A program made the translations under genes and the position numbers. From Stegostoma tigrinum (Eukaryota), in contig NC_081383.1 of the NCBI RefSeq assembly GCF_030684315.1, forward strand, positions 16,103,942 to 16,167,941: a DNA stretch of 64,000 nucleotides. The letters are read 5' to 3'. Below the pieces are notes generated by a model, which was not told where the DNA came from, did not search any database, and saw only the letters and a list, made by a program, of their open reading frames with translations. Below are positions 36,540 to 51,135 of the stretch, one piece after another. The stretch's first letter is position 1, and each line of letters opens with the position of its first letter.

Positions 36540-37910
36540 AATGGGAAGAAGTTAGTAGCTTCATACTGGACTTGCAAAAGGCAATTGGTACAGTGCTATA
36601 CCACAGACTAGTGAGCAAAATTATATCTTGTGGAATAAAAGGGGCAGTAGCAACATGGGTATTGAACTGGCCAAGTGAAAGGAATCAGAGAAATTGTTCA
36701 TGGATTTTTCTTGGACTGAAATGAATCTTGTATTGGAGTTTACCAAAATCCAGTAATGGTGCCATTAATTTTCCTGATATACAGTAATGATTGAGACCTT
36801 AATGTACAGGGCACAATTTCAAAGTTTGAGACTGGTAGAAAAATTGGAGAATTGTAACACATTAGAAGGATAATGTAGAACTTCAAAAGCAAATAAGTAA
36901 GTGGATGAAATGTGTGGACAAGATGTAGATGACATCCAATGTGGAAAAATGAGGAGTGATTCATTGTGGTAGTAACAGCTGGAAATACAATAGAAAATAA
37001 AGAATGTAATTCCAAATGGGGTACAGAAGCAGAGGGACCTGGATGTATATATACATAAATCATTGAAGGTGGTGAGATGAGTTGAGAAGGTGCTTAACAC
37101 ATGATACAGTATCTTAGCCTTTGTTAATAGAGACATGGAGTACCAGAGTAAATGGGTTATAATAAACTTGTACAGGACTCCAGTTCTGCCTCAGCTGAAG
37201 TATGCGCATCCATTCTCCAAGCTGCACTTTACACATTAAGAGAGTGTAGGAAAGCTTCATAAGAAAAATTCCAGCTTTGAGAATCTTCAGTTATTTAGAT
37301 AGATTGGAGGAGTTAGGACAATGTCTCTTGGAGAAAAGAAAGCTGAGAGAAGATTTGGTAGAGATATTGAAAATCACTACAGTTCTTGACAGAGCAGATT
37401 GGGAGAAATTGGTCCAACTTGTGGAATGATCAAGAATGAAAAGACACAGGATTAAAGTAATTGATCAAAGAAGCAAGAGTGACATGAGGAAGAATGTATT
37501 CATGTAGCCAAAGTTATCATTGTCCCAGGCAACCACAGTCTGCTCTCTCTCATAGGGAGAGATGGCAGGAAATGAGTTGTACACCTTTGGCAAGGTTGAG
37601 AAATCAGTGCCTTTCTGGTGACCTCACATGCACATGTACTGAACCTGCACTTATATCTGCAGTTATTCCACATTACAAATCAGGAGCCAAGTCAATTGAG
37701 CTGGCTGACCCCATTGCTAAGACCTAGAATGAGGGAGGTCCAATTGAAGCATTCAAAAGGGATTTCAACTGTTACCTGAGAAAAGAAGGATGTGCAGGGT
37801 TACAGGGAGAAGGCAGGGGAATTACACTAACTAAATTGTTATCTCAGAGAGCTGATACAGACATGATGAGCTGAAAAGCTTCCTTTCGCTCTGACAACAT
37901 TCTATAATTC
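36540..37910 (+). mobile_element. Decayed CR1 LINE RT/3' region with a small SINE inserted (~37510-37720)
   Basis: Decayed LDLQKA, GVQKQRDLDVYIHKSLKV and LEKRKLRRDLVEILKI motifs. Confidence 0.65.
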
Positions 37911-39454
37911 TGGCAGGCTATTAGAGCCTACACCTGATGTTTGATTCCAATGTCTGCAATAAAACTGAATGTCAGGCATTGTATAGTATGGGCCATCAAT
38001 CAAATAACACCTGTTTTACACCACCACCAGCAAAGACTTTCAACCTTCACACACTTGAGTTCTTCTAAACTCTAAAGGACCTTTGATATAAAGTTGAAGA
38101 CAATGAAGTATACACTGTTCTCCTATTATTTATAAACATCATTTGACCCACTCTTTTGGGCTAACCAGTATTTACTCTAAGGATAAGCAAACTAATTTCT
38201 AAACCTACCCAAACTAAACAAAACCGAACCATTGTAATCCTCACTATGCCTGTTTACAGAGGACAAACAGACATTTTAAGGTTTTGTTTGACTTAAGGAA
38301 GCCAAATAATGTGCGGCATGTGGCAGAAAACTTCTGTATTATGGTTATCCTTATAATGTCCAGTTTCAGTCCATCTGGCAGTTTTTGGAAATTTAATATT
38401 TGTCCTTACATGTCTACATTACTACAATTTTGCATTAGTTACTTCAAATTTATAATTCGCTTGATAATTATGCCACCATTTTGAAAATACTGAAACCTGC
38501 ATCAACTATGCAGCATCCTTTTAGTTATGAGGTCATGAATAACTCATAGAGGTTACTAGACCTTTGTGTGTAAAGCATCTTTTTTTAATTTTTGTGCTTG
38601 AATTAAGTATTTAATTTTACTCTTCAATATGTAATTATATTAATGGGGTCAAGTAAACTAGATTGTTTAATTGGCAAACAATTTTGTACATTAATTGAAC
38701 AGGAAACCAATAGGTATTTAAACTTGAGTGTAGCCTCTAGAAAAACCATTCTTCTGGTAAATATATTTGGTGATTGAGCGCTGTGAAATGGACTAAAACC
38801 AAGACTGTGACCTGAAAGACAAGTAAGAAACTCCTTGTGCGAATATTACAGTCAATAGCAGAATCTCATGAGAGAAATATTCCATGTTTCTGAACATTTT
38901 TCTTTTAAATGTAGATTTTGTTACTTCTACTGACTCAATTCAAAGTACTGTTAAACTGGAAGATTTCTATGCATCACACTAAGACCCTCTTTCCTTTTTG
39001 TCCACAACAATGCAAATCTATTGGGTAACCTAGTAAGGTACCAGCAGTCAGAATGTAATGGAAGTGAGGGGGATCTTGGCCAACAGAGCTTCCAACAGCG
39101 AGAGGTTTGATTGACTGGGGTAGCTTCAGGCATCCTTGCCCTACCCCACGTGAAAATTATAGCGCTGTGAGTCAGATTGGTAGAGAACTGAAGAGGAAAA
39201 AATGTATTAATGTCAAATCGTAGAATTACAAATGCAACTTGTTTAAAGAACAGATCGGTCCTAATTTAAAGTCACTTCAATACATCTTCAGAACATCAAA
39301 TTTTTCCAAAAGCCATAAATTCCCAAATATTTTGCTATTATGACTTCACTTAATGTTAACAACTTTAGATTTTGCACAAAAAATAACTGTGAGTTATTGT
39401 TGTGAATTATTGCACGTGCTGAAAAGTAATATGGAAGTTTTAGGTTGTGAGTCA

Positions 39455-40740
39455 GAGTCAAAGAGTCATAGAGACACTTAGCATGGAAATGAGACAATTC
39501 GGTCCAACTCATCTATACCAACCAGATATCCTAAATAAATCCAGTCTTATTTGCCGGCATTTGACCCATATCCCTCTAAATCCTTTCTATTCATGTACCC
39601 AGCCCGATGTCTTTTAAATGTTGCAATTGTACCAGCCTCCACCACTTCCTCTGGCAGTTCATTTCCATACATGCACCACACTCTGCGTTAAAAAAAAATG
39701 TCCCTTAGATCCCTACTAAATCTTATTCCTCTTACCTTAAAATTATGACTTCAGGTTTTGGATTCCACCACCCCAGGGAAAAGACCCTGTCTATTCACCC
39801 TGTCCATGCCCCTCATGATTGTATAAATCTCTATAAGGTCACCCCTTCACCTCTGACACTCCAGAGAAAATAGCCCAGTCTATTCAACTCTCCCTATAGC
39901 TCAAACCCTCTAACCCTGGTGATACCTTGTAAATCTTTTCTGACCACTTTCGAGTTTCACAACATCCTTCCTGTGGCAGGGAGACTAGAATTGCATGCAG
40001 TATCCCAATAGTGGCCTAACCAATGTCCTGTGTAGCCACAACATGGCCTCTTGACTCCAATACTCAATGCACTGACCAATAAAGGCAGTATATCAAATGC
40101 CTACTTCACTATCCTATCCAGCTGTGATTCCACTTTTGAGGAGCTAAGAACCTGTACTCCAAGCTCTCTTTGCTCACCAACATTCTGCAAGACCTTGCCC
40201 TTGAGTGTATAAATCCTATCCTGATCTGCTTTCCAAAATGCAGCACCTTACCTTTAATAAATTGAAGTCCATCAGCCACTCCTCAGCCCATTGGCCCAGC
40301 TGATCAAGATCTTGTGATACTCTTGAGATAACCTTCTTCACTGTCCACTGCACCTCCAATTTTGGTGTCATCTGAAAACTCACTAACCATACCTCCTACG
40401 TTCACATCAAAATCATTTATATATATATGACAAAAAGCAGTGGACCCAGCACCAAACCTTGTGGCAAACTGCAGATCAGAGGCCTCCAGTCTGTGCAACC
40501 CTCCACCACCACCCTCTATCTTCTACCTTTGAGCTAGTTTTGTATCCAAATACCTAGTTCTCCCTGCATACCATGTGATCTAACCTTGCTAACCAGTCTA
40601 CCATGAGGAATCTTGTCGAGCGCCTGACTGAAGTGCATATAGATCACGCCCACTGCTCTCCCCTCACCAGTCCTCTTTGCTACTTCTTCAAAAAACTCAA
40701 TCAAAATAGTGAGACATGATTTCCCATGCACAAAGTAATG
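39455..40740 (-). mobile_element. CR1/HER1 LINE 3' ~1.3 kb
   Basis: ORFs 40534..40830 (GKSCLTILIEFFEEV...ALDKIPHGRLVSKVRSHG) and 40304..40498 (YINDFD...FSDDTKIGG); (AGAGTCA)n terminus at ~39450-39470. Confidence 0.85.
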
Positions 40741-41099
40741 GGTGTGTAGAAAAGTGGAAACAATGAAGCCCAATAACATACTGCCCATCAGCTCACTGAT
40801 AATTAGTTTTTGTTTATTTATAAATTTCAATTAATATCTCACATACTTTCTCAATACACCACCCACACCAAACAACATTACCACTGCATCTATCTTGCTC
40901 CTTCTTCACATGACCTTTAATCCATTGTGAATCAGGACAGTGAGTGTCAGCAAGACTTTGAGTTCTGTTCGTCAGTCTAAAAGCACAAGAGATCATAGTG
41001 GAAAACAAATCACAAGGTTCTGGGGGAAATCAAGGAATTGAACAGGACTTTCAAAGAGATGCAATTGACTGAATTACCTCCTTCCCTACAATGTTGTTT

Positions 41100-41425
41100 T
41101 TTGATGGTCATTAATTATGCCAGCAAAAGGCAAGACAGTCTGTGTCAATAGCCCCTGATTTGTGAGAGGCAAGGGGCAAAAGAATCAAGTCGGCCTTCCA
41201 GTTTTGCTCTACAAAACACTATTCGTGATTGTCAACAGTGTTGAGTGCACAGAGAACTGGGATTATCTGCAATGGTCTCCATGGCTCACTAGTTAACAAG
41301 CCTAATAATTCTCACTGTCTCTGTACATTCATGAAGGATGCTTACTACCAAAGTAACGGATGGTTATTGGTGCCAGTGGTATACACTAACAAGGAATGGG
41401 AACTGTGAGCAGAGAAAGAAGGAAA
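41100..41425 (+). mobile_element. Possible ancient LF-SINE-like fragment
   Basis: CATGAAGGATG...GGTGCCAGTGG...AAGGAAAA loosely resembles the LF-SINE 3' part as recalled; heavily diverged. Confidence 0.3.
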
Positions 41426-42430
41426 ACACAATAGTAATTAAGTCTTAATAGTTATCATACAAGCTGGGTTTGATTTATATCTTCTAGTTAATTGCTTTTT
41501 TAATGTTTTTATTTGCTTGTTAGAAAAGAAAGTAATTTACAGTCATACACTATTAAGGATTCTCACATTTCAGGGTGGACTATGTTCTAAAAATTCCCGA
41601 GCGGCATTGAAAAATATATTGTTTTATCCTATGGAGGTTGGTAACACCTCCAACTGAAAGAATTGAGCAGCCAAGTTCTGAGGACATTCCAAAATTGACA
41701 GTGTTCTAATGACACCCATGAAACCAAGCTGGTGAAGAAATTTATGATGCTGGAGGCTCTCTATCACACTTTGAAACACTTGTACATTCAAATGATTGCA
41801 TTTAAATACCAGCATGTCTCAGCTGTTTCATAATTGCTCAGCTTGGGCCTACATTTATCATCATCGAGCACATCTGTCAAATAGGCATGTATATTTTCTT
41901 CTGTGAATTAAGCAGCATTCTGAGGGGTTAACTCTTAGGTGTGAGGATAGTTACTTTCGTAAAGTAATACAAAGAAGGTTTGTCTGCTGCAAGAGGAGAC
42001 ATTCCACTGTTAGAATTTTACTTACAGTTTGGTTTGAGCACAATGCGAAATATGTCAGAAACAATCTGATGCCTTCTGCTTGCCAATTGTTAGAGATGTT
42101 TTCCTCTGATCAGTATGTGCTGACAATAATATTAATGGATCACGAGATAAACACAGATGTGGGAGCCCATTTGGTTCATCTTAATTTATGTATCCATAAA
42201 AAAACCTTTAATGATCCTCACTACAGCCCCACCCTGCCAAGAATCACATTGTTAAAGTGACTTTCATGAATCTAATATTTACAAACTTGTCACTTGGTAG
42301 AATTTGAATATAACTGATAAGCTATATATATGGCCAATATTTATCATATTTCACTCAAAAGGACAAATGGAAGAATGCCAAATTTCCAGCAGTCGTAGTA
42401 ATTTACAATATTGGGTGCTGATTCTTTTTC

Positions 42431-42743
42431 TATAGAATCCCTACAGTGTGGAAACAGGCCCTTCAGCCCAACAAGTCGACACGACCCTCAGTGCATCCCA
42501 CCTAGACACATTCCCCAAACCCATCTAACCTACACATCTCTGAACACCATGAGGCAATTTAGCGTGGCCAATCCACCTAGACTACACATCTTTGGACTGT
42601 CAGAGAAAAGCAGAATTTCAGAGGGGACAAACTCTGACACAGGGAGAACATGCAAACTCCACACAGACAATTGCCCAAGGGGGAATAGAACCTAGGCCCG
42701 TGGTGATGTGAGGCAGCAGTGCTAGCCACTGGGCCACTGTGCC
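42431..42743 (-). mobile_element. HE1/V-SINE-like SINE
   Basis: Homologous to 10649-11000. Confidence 0.8.
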
Positions 42744-44819
42744 ACCTGTTAACATGCTGTCTGCAAGTGGCTGAGGTACTGCCATGGAGAAAGCAGGCTT
42801 TCCGTGCTTCTGGGTTATTCAAAACATAGTGGAAATTTTGGATATATTAATTGTATTTGCAGAAATTAGGCAGAAATTGTTAGTGCCACTTTAGCACAAA
42901 TGGGATTGTTCAGCAATGCATAATTACAGTTAACAGTAGACTTCTTTTTTTGAGTTCAGCAAACAGAGACTAGTTCAAAGCACTCTGTACTCTACCCATT
43001 ATGAAAAGTGCCAGAAATGTTCAATTTAATCAACAAATTTCTGGGCTATCTGGTGCACAACATTAGCATCAAATTAGCACTGAAATGCCTACTTCTTGAA
43101 GTGACCACCGCAAATATGAAAGCAAGATTAAGTTAATCCCATTCTATTGGTCTTCTCTATCATGGCTGATGTGCAACACTATCTATCCATCTTGGATTCA
43201 TAACCCTTAATATATTTACTGAATTAAAAAAACTCTCAGTTTTGAGAATTTAATTGATGCACCATCCATATCCATTTAGGGAGAATTTCAGAATTCCACT
43301 TCCCTATAAAAGGAAAAAAAATGTTTGTTGATTTCAGCCCAGAATGGTCATACTTTAATTTTAAGATTGCTTTCCCTTGTTCTGTATTTCCACCAGAGAA
43401 TATAATTTCTTTCTATTTGCTCTATCAAACTCCTCTGAAATTTTAAATGAATTAATTAGATCTTCCTTCAACCATTCAACCTGAAGTGAATATAAATTGA
43501 CTCTGTACCATGGATTCCCATAACCTAACTTAGCCGAAAACAGGAAGCTGTGTGTATCATCCCCATTTTTCACTGAGATTTATTCCAAAGGCCAGGAAAA
43601 CCTGAACTGATGACAGGACTGGCATGGATGCCAGGCAAGGCTTTTGGCAGGTAAAGGAGGCTTTGAAGGTTAACCTTAAGTGTCTGACCACTTATATTGT
43701 GATAGTAATTCCAGGGCTGTCTGGATTTACATTTATGAACATTCATTTGTTTTCTACGAAACAAAGTTCAGGTTGCGCTTTGTGTCTTTTGGAAGGAGTC
43801 CTCTCACAGCCATTAGAAGAAGTTAATCTCAAAGAGAAGCATCTTAACCTCTAACTGATATTTGTCATGCATTGCAAATGGTAACAGTCTTGTAGAAATT
43901 GAGAACATACCTCACAGTGGTAGGAAATCTAACTCTTCACATGCTCAAGTTCTGTGCTTGAAAGAATGTTAACACTTGTTACACAAAACAATCTGACAGA
44001 TCAGCAAATGGACAATTTTGTCCAAAAATGAAATGGCAGTGAACAATATTTCCTACATGTGGTAATCCCTGTTTAAGTCATAAATATTTGTATAATTTGC
44101 CCAACAGAAGGAGTGAAACTAATAAAGATTAAATGTTTCTGTTTTCTCTAAACTTTGTTCTAAAACCCAGAGCTATTTGTAACCTTATTATTGAAGGAAA
44201 CAACAGTAAATGCTGAATATCATTGCTTATAAAACAGCATATTTAGTCTACTATCATCTTTGTGATCCATATTGCTTCTGTCCTAAAAGAGGAGTTTTTG
44301 TTTCTGATTCTGGCAAGACTCTTCCACTGCAACCATCTAAACCAATGGTACTTCTGTCAATGCCCAATTAGTTTTCCTCTTCCTAAGCTGTTCAGGGAAA
44401 GCCACAAGTACGCTAGTTCATCATTCTTCTGCAAGCTTAGAGCATGGGCAAATTCAGTTGTGCTCTATAATAACTTAGATCTTCATAAAGCCCTCCTTAT
44501 AAACTGTCTATAAGGAGGACAGTTTTGCTTGTCTGTTTCCTTTCTTTGTTAACTCCCGTGATGGCAAATTTGCTCCCATCATGAGTTTCACTGTGAAGCC
44601 AATGCCAACACAGGACAGAATTTGGAAGATTTGGATTCAGACTAACAACTCTGTTCCGTGGGTCCATTCTTTTGGTATGTTCTGGGCTAAATCTTAATTT
44701 TTGTGCTTTTATTTTCAGACTGAGCTATTCAGTATTCTGCCAGACACACTGTCATAACCATGTAAAAATATAGACTATTGATCTTTGAATTCCATAAGCC
44801 AATTTTGTGTTTAGGATTT

Positions 44820-45055
44820 TAAGGGACCAAAGCAGTTTTCAAAAGGGACTGAAACACTCTACCACAAATGGCAGTTGTTGCTCGATCAGTTGTTAGTTTT
44901 AAATCTGGCATAGATATATTTTGGTTAAGTGAGGGTATTGAGGGCATGAGCCATAGGCAGCTGTATGGAGTTAGGCTACAGATCAGCCATGATCTTATTG
45001 AATGATAGAACAGACTCATTGGACTGAATAGCCAACTCTTGTTCCTATGTTCCTA
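44820..45055 (+). mobile_element. CR1 3' end fragment
   Basis: ...CAGATCAGCCATGATCTTATTGAATG...CTCTTGTTCCTATGTTCCT CR1 3' UTR and terminal repeat. Confidence 0.6.
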
Positions 45056-45736
45056 ACCATTGGCCATGTTTGGAATGCATTGCCTAAAAGGGTAGTAGAA
45101 GCTGATTCAAATAAGATTTGAATATCCATTGGAAAGGAAATGTGGGGCATAGCACTCCGAAAGAACTGTCACCAGTATGATGGGACAAATGATTTCATGC
45201 AGTGCTGAATGGTTCAGTACTGTCACTTGTGGCAGCGAACCAGTCAGTTTAGCTGAAAGTGTGTGCTGAATGTGGAGAAGTTCCAACTTGGAGCTCAGAT
45301 ACCTACTCGCACCACCATAATTCCAGTGAATAGTAGCCATTTGGATAAGTTAGTGGCAACAACTGGCAAGCATTGTATTGTATGGAAAGAATGAATGAAA
45401 GAACTTGCATTTATGTAGTGTTGTTTACAACCTAAGGACATTCCAAAGCACTTTAAAGCCAATAAAGTATTTTTGAAGTCAATTCAATGTTGCCATGTTG
45501 GAAGCAAGACCCTTCAGCATCGATTTGTTGTAATGGTAACTTTTTAACATTCCTATTATGTTATGAGGATTATTTCATCAACAATTTATTTAATCAAGCT
45601 TCGCTTAAATAAGTGGCATTGTCAAGGCTGCATCACATGTAAACTAATCTTGTGCAAAGTTTCTGATACAGCCTGTCTTATGGTTAATATCTAGCCTTGT
45701 ATTACTTAGGGAGACCACCCATATCATTGCCAAGAT

Positions 45737-46080
45737 CATAGAATCTACAGTGTGGAAGCAGGCCATTCAACCCATCGAGTCCACACCAACCCTCTGAAGA
45801 GCATCTTACTCAGACCCACCCCCTATCTTATCCCTGTGATCCTGCATTTCCCATGGCTAATCCACCTAGCCGGCACATCCCTGGATACTATGGGCAATTT
45901 AGCATGGTGAATCTACCCTAACCTACTCATCTTTGGACTGTGGGAGGAAAGCAGAGAAACCCACACAGACACAAGGTGAATGTGTAAGCACCACACAAAC
46001 AGTTGCCCAAAGGCAGGATCAAACCCGGATCCCTGGTGTTTTGAGACAGCAGAGCTGACCAACGAGCCACCTTGTCACCC
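45737..46080 (-). mobile_element. HE1/V-SINE-like SINE
   Basis: Homologous to 10649-11000. Confidence 0.8.
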
Positions 46081-46779
46081 AATTTAACGAAAGAGTTAAG
46101 TCCTTAAGTCCTTAATATTTTTACAAATCCTTAAACTGGAACTTTGAAATGTCTTTATGCAGTGTGTCCCTTAGCCGACATAAATAGTGACGTACCTGGG
46201 CCATGTCACTATTGAAAACTTATTTGAAATCAAAAGAGGCCTTTTAAGAAAACCCAACTAATTTCTGCAATAAACCAGAAGTACCTTGGTTTCCTACAGA
46301 GATAATAAGTAAATCTTTTAATCATTTAGTGGCATATTATTTTTATAATAGTTGGAATGCTGCTACCCCTTTGAGAAAGTGGATCAGCAAAGCCTTGTAT
46401 GTTTATGAAATACCTCACAGACTGGAAATAATTTCTGACCATTAAAAAGCAATGTCTCCAGAAAGAATTGGAAATATGTCCCACCCACTGTCTCTCAAAA
46501 CAAATTTTTGTAACCATGGGTCCAATTTCAAGAATCACTGTGCACTAATATAGCTAAATTTCTTTTGGGAAGCTACAACAGACATGTTCTCTTACATGAC
46601 CCAGGAGACACACATATTCATAATCTGCACCAATGAATGACACATAAACAAAATAAACTGTGTCACATTGAGATCTAATGTGTAATGCTCGATTTAAATG
46701 GAGGATACAGGAGAGTGAGTGGCACTATCAATCACCTCAACAGCGCTAAAGAAGAGAAAATCATCAAGATATTGATTGT

Positions 46780-47765
46780 TACTCAACATGCCATCCTGAA
46801 AAATATAGATACCAGCTAAGGAGACTGAGGTTCAAAGTAGAATCTGCACAGCCCAGTCCCCAGTGCAGAGGAAGGTGCTGTGTCTTTGGAGGTCAATCAT
46901 TTCAGTCCAAGGACTGCAGGTTTGCCTCAGAACAATGCCCTATGCCCAACTATCTTCAGTTGCTTCATTATCTTCCTTCTAACATAAGATCACCCCCATG
47001 GCAGATGGTGGAATTTGAATTCAATAAATATCTGGAATTAAGAGTCTAACAGTGACCATGAATCCATTGTCAATTATTGGAAAAGCCCATCTGGTTCACT
47101 AACATCCTTTTATGGAAGGAAATTGCCATCCTTACCTGGTCTGGCCTACATGTGACTCCAGACCCACAGCAATGTGGCTGACTCTTAACTGCCCTCTGGG
47201 CAATTAAGGATGGACAATAAATTCTGCCTAGCCAGCAACACCCTCATCCCAGAAATGAGTAGAGGATCAGAAGAGTGAATGTTTGCCAATGTTGCATAAT
47301 ATTCAGTGATTCCTCAGACCTTGAAACAATTCATGTTCAAGTACAGGAAGATTTGGACAACCTTCAGGATCTGGTGGCTAAATATTAAGTAATACGCATG
47401 TACCAGACAATGAACATCTCCAGAAAGATAAACTTGAACCATCTCCCATTTAAATTCAATGTTATTCTCGCACTATCAATGTCAACATCCTGGGTACTAA
47501 TATTGACCAGAAACTGAAACTGACCAACTATATCAGTACTGTGGCTACAAAAGTGGATCAGAGGCTAGGAATGTAGCAGGAATAACTCATGTCTTAACTA
47601 CCCAAAGAACGTGGAAGGTAAAGTTCAGGTGTGGAATCGTATCCACTTCCTGGAAGAATGTAACTCTAACAACACTCAGGATGCTTGATACCATCCAGGA
47701 CAAAGCAATCTACTTGAATGGCACTTCATCTAGCTGCTTCAACATTCACAGCCTCCACCATGGGC
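46780..47765 (+). mobile_element. Decayed CR1/L2-group LINE fragment split by a tRNA-derived SINE (~46995-47260)
   Basis: CCAACTATCTTCAGTTGCTTCAT (RT region) and ATTGACCAGAAACTGAA; the SINE matches 35905-36262. Confidence 0.6.
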
Positions 47766-49606
47766 ACTTCAATGTGTAACGTTTACAGGACATAATTGTA
47801 AATAGTGTAACTTTACATTTCTTCTGTATTTTGATTGTGGACTGAAATGGGAAAAGGACTGCTTTAAAAACCAAGAATTGTGGAAAAGAGTTGTTCCTCA
47901 TTTCAAAAGCCAATGACCAACACTTGTTATTGTAATAACAGCCCATGAATTAATATTTTTCTTTAAAAATTGGAGACAGAAAAGAAAAATAGCCAATTAG
48001 ATTGAACACGAATGTAGCGCCTGTACTCATGGAATCACAGCCTCACATCAGAGGGGAGCATCAGGAGAAAAAACGTGGTCTATTGCAAATAAGGTACAAA
48101 TTTGTTAGCATATACACACAACTGGTGTTCTACCCACCCGAGGTACGCAAACCATGAGACCATAAGACCATAAGACATAGGAGTGGAAGTAAGGCCATTT
48201 GGCCCATCGGGTCCACTCCGCCATTTACCATGGCTGATGGGCATTTCAACTCCACTTCCCTGCACTCTGCCCGCAGCCCTTGATTCCTTGTGCGATAAAG
48301 AATTTATCAATCTCTGCCTTGAAGACATTTAACGTCCCGGCCTCCACTGCACTCCGTGGCAATGAATTCCACAGGCCCACCACTCTCTGGCTGAAGAAAT
48401 ATCTCCTCATTTCCATTTTAAATTTACCCCCTCTAATTCTAAGGCTGTGCCCACAGGTCCTTGTCTCCCCGCCTAACGGAAACAACTTCTCAGCGTCCAC
48501 CCTTTCTAAGCCATACATTATCTTGTAAGTTTCTATTAGATCTCTCCTCAACCTTCTAAACTCTAATGAATACTATCCCAGGATCCTCAGCCGTTCATCA
48601 TACGTTAAACTTACCATTCCAGGGATTATCCGTGTGAATCTCCGCTGGACACGCTCCAGCGTCAGTATGTCCTTTCTGAGGTGTGAGGCCCAAAACTGGA
48701 CATAGTATTCTAAATGGGGCCTCTCTAGAGCTTTATAAAGTCTCAGAAGTACATCGCTGCTTTTATATTCCAACCGTCTTGAGATAAACGACAACATTAC
48801 ATTCGCTTTCTTAATCACAGACGCAACCTGCAAGTTAACCTTTAGAGAATCCTGGACCAACACTCCCAGATCCCTTTGTACTTCTGCTTTATGACTTTTC
48901 TCACTGTTTAGAAAATAGTCCATGCCTGTTTTCTTTTTACCAAAGTGCAAGACCTTGCATTTGCTCACGTTGAATTTCATCCGCCATTTCCTGGACCACT
49001 TTCCTAAACTGTCTAAATCTTTCTGCAGCCTCCCTACCTCCTCAGTACTACCTGCCTGTCCACCTATCTTCATATCATCAGCAAACTTCGCCAGAATGCC
49101 CCCAGTCCCTTCATCCAGATCATTAATATATAAAGTGAACAGCTGCGGCCCCAACACTGAACCCTGTGGACACCAATTGTCACTGGTTGCCATTCCGAAA
49201 AAGAGCCTTTTATCCCAACTCTCTGCTTTCTGTCAGACAGCCAATCCTCAATCCAAGCCAGTAGCTCACCTCGAACACCATGGGCCCTCACCTTACTCAG
49301 CAGCCTCCCGTGAGGCACCTTATCAAAAGCCTTTTGAAAGTCTAGGTAGATAACATCCATTGGGTTTCCCTGGTCTAACCTACTTGCTACCTCTTCAAAG
49401 AATTCTAACAGGTTGGCCAGGCACAACCTCCCCTTACTAAATCCATGCTGACTTGTTCTAATCCGACCCTGCACTTGCAAGAATTTAGAAATCTCATCCT
49501 TAACAATGGATTCTAGAATTTTACCAACTACCAAGGTTAGGCTAATCGGTCTATAATTTTTCATCTTTTGTCTTGATCCTTTCTTAAACAAGGGGGTTAC
49601 AACAGC

Positions 49607-51135
49607 TGACATGTCATCTGAGGAATGGGAGGGGGAGTTGAAATGGCTTGTGACTGGGAGGTGCAGTTGTTTGTTGCGAACCGAGCGGAGGTGTTCTGCA
49701 AAGTGGACTTCACAAGCTTCAAAATCTCACCTTCCCCCACAGCATCCCAAAACCAGCCCAGTTCGTCCCCTCCCCTCACTGCATCCAAAACCAGCACAGC
49801 CTGTCTCTGCGTCCCTAACCTGTTCTTCCTCTCACCCATCCCTTCCTCCCACCTCAAGCCGCACCTCCCTTTCCTACCTACCACCTCATCCCGCCTCCTT
49901 GACATCCCAGATGTCCACGTTCTTCAAGGACCGCAACTTTCCCCTTGCAGTGGTCGAGAACGCCCTTGACCGCGTCTCCTGCATTTCCTGCAACACATCC
50001 CTCACACCCCACCCCCTCCACAACCGCCCCCAGAGGATCCCCTCGTTCTCACATACCACCCCACTAACTTCCGGATGCAACGTATCATCCTCTGACACTT
50101 CCGCCATCTACAATCCAACCCCACCACCCAAGACATTTTTCCATCCCCACCCTTGTCTGCCTTCTGGAGAGACCACTCTCTCCACGACTCCCTTGTCCGC
50201 TCCACACTCCCCTCCAACCCCACCACACTCGGCACCTTCCCCTGCAACCACAGGAAGTGCTACACTTGCCCCCACACCTCCTCCCTCACCCCCATCGCAG
50301 GCCCCAAGATGACCTTCCATATTAAGCACAGGTTCACCTGCACATCTGCTATTGTGGTATATTGTATCCATTGTACCCGGTGTGGCTTCCTCTACATTGG
50401 GGAAACCAAGCAGAAGCTTGGGGACCGCTTTGCAGAACACCTCCTCTCGGTTCGCAACAAACAACTGCACCTCCCAGTCGCAAACCATTTTAACTCCCCC
50501 TCCCCTTCTTTAGACAACATGTCCAACATGGGCCTCCTCTAGTGCCACAATGATGCCACCCGAAGGTTGCAAGAACAGCAACTCATTTTCCGCTTGGGAA
50601 CCCTGCAGCCCAATGGTATCAATGTGGATTTCACAAGCTTCAATATCTCCCCTTCCCCCACTGCATCCCAAAACCAGCCCAGTTCTTCCCCTCCCCCCAC
50701 TGCATCACAAAACTAGCCCAGCTTGTCCCCTCCCCCCACTGCATCCCAAAACCAGTCCAGCCTGTCTCTGCTTCCCTAACCTGTTCTTCCTCTCACCTAT
50801 CCCTTCCTCCCACCTCAAGCCGCACCTCCATTTCCTACTTACCATCTCATCCCACCTCCTTGACCTGTCCATCTTCCCTGGACTGACCTATCCCCTCCCT
50901 ACCTCCCCACCTATACTCCCCTCTCTACCTATCTTCTTTTCTCTCCATCTTCGGTCCGCCTCCCCCTCTCTCCCTATTTATTTCAGTTCCCTCTCCCCAT
51001 CCCCCTCTCTGATGAAGGGTCTAGGCCCGAAACATCAGCTTTTGTGCTCCTGAGATGCTGCTTGGCCTGTTGTGTTCATCCAGCTCCACACTTTGTTACC
51101 TTGGATTCTCCAGCATCTGCAATTCCCATTATCAT
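49607..51135 (+). mobile_element. Neptune-type Penelope-like element, 5'-truncated and rearranged
   Basis: 12-bp TSD GGTTACAACAGC (49595-49606, 51136-51147). ORF 50153..50542 has the CNHRKCYTC linker and the GIY-YIG motif VVYCIHCTRCGFLYIGETKQKLGDRFAEH. Short inverted 5' piece and partial duplicated pLTR. Confidence 0.9.
51009..51036 (+). ncRNA. Minimal hammerhead ribozyme motif in the Neptune pLTR
   Basis: CUGAUGA-A-GGGU-CUAG-GCCC-GAAA-CAUC (CpG-decayed form of CGUC). Confidence 0.65.

Noticed and set aside
50550-51053. 167-aa Pro/Leu/Ser-rich ORF
   Set aside because: Translation of the pyrimidine-rich Neptune pLTR with short internal repeats.
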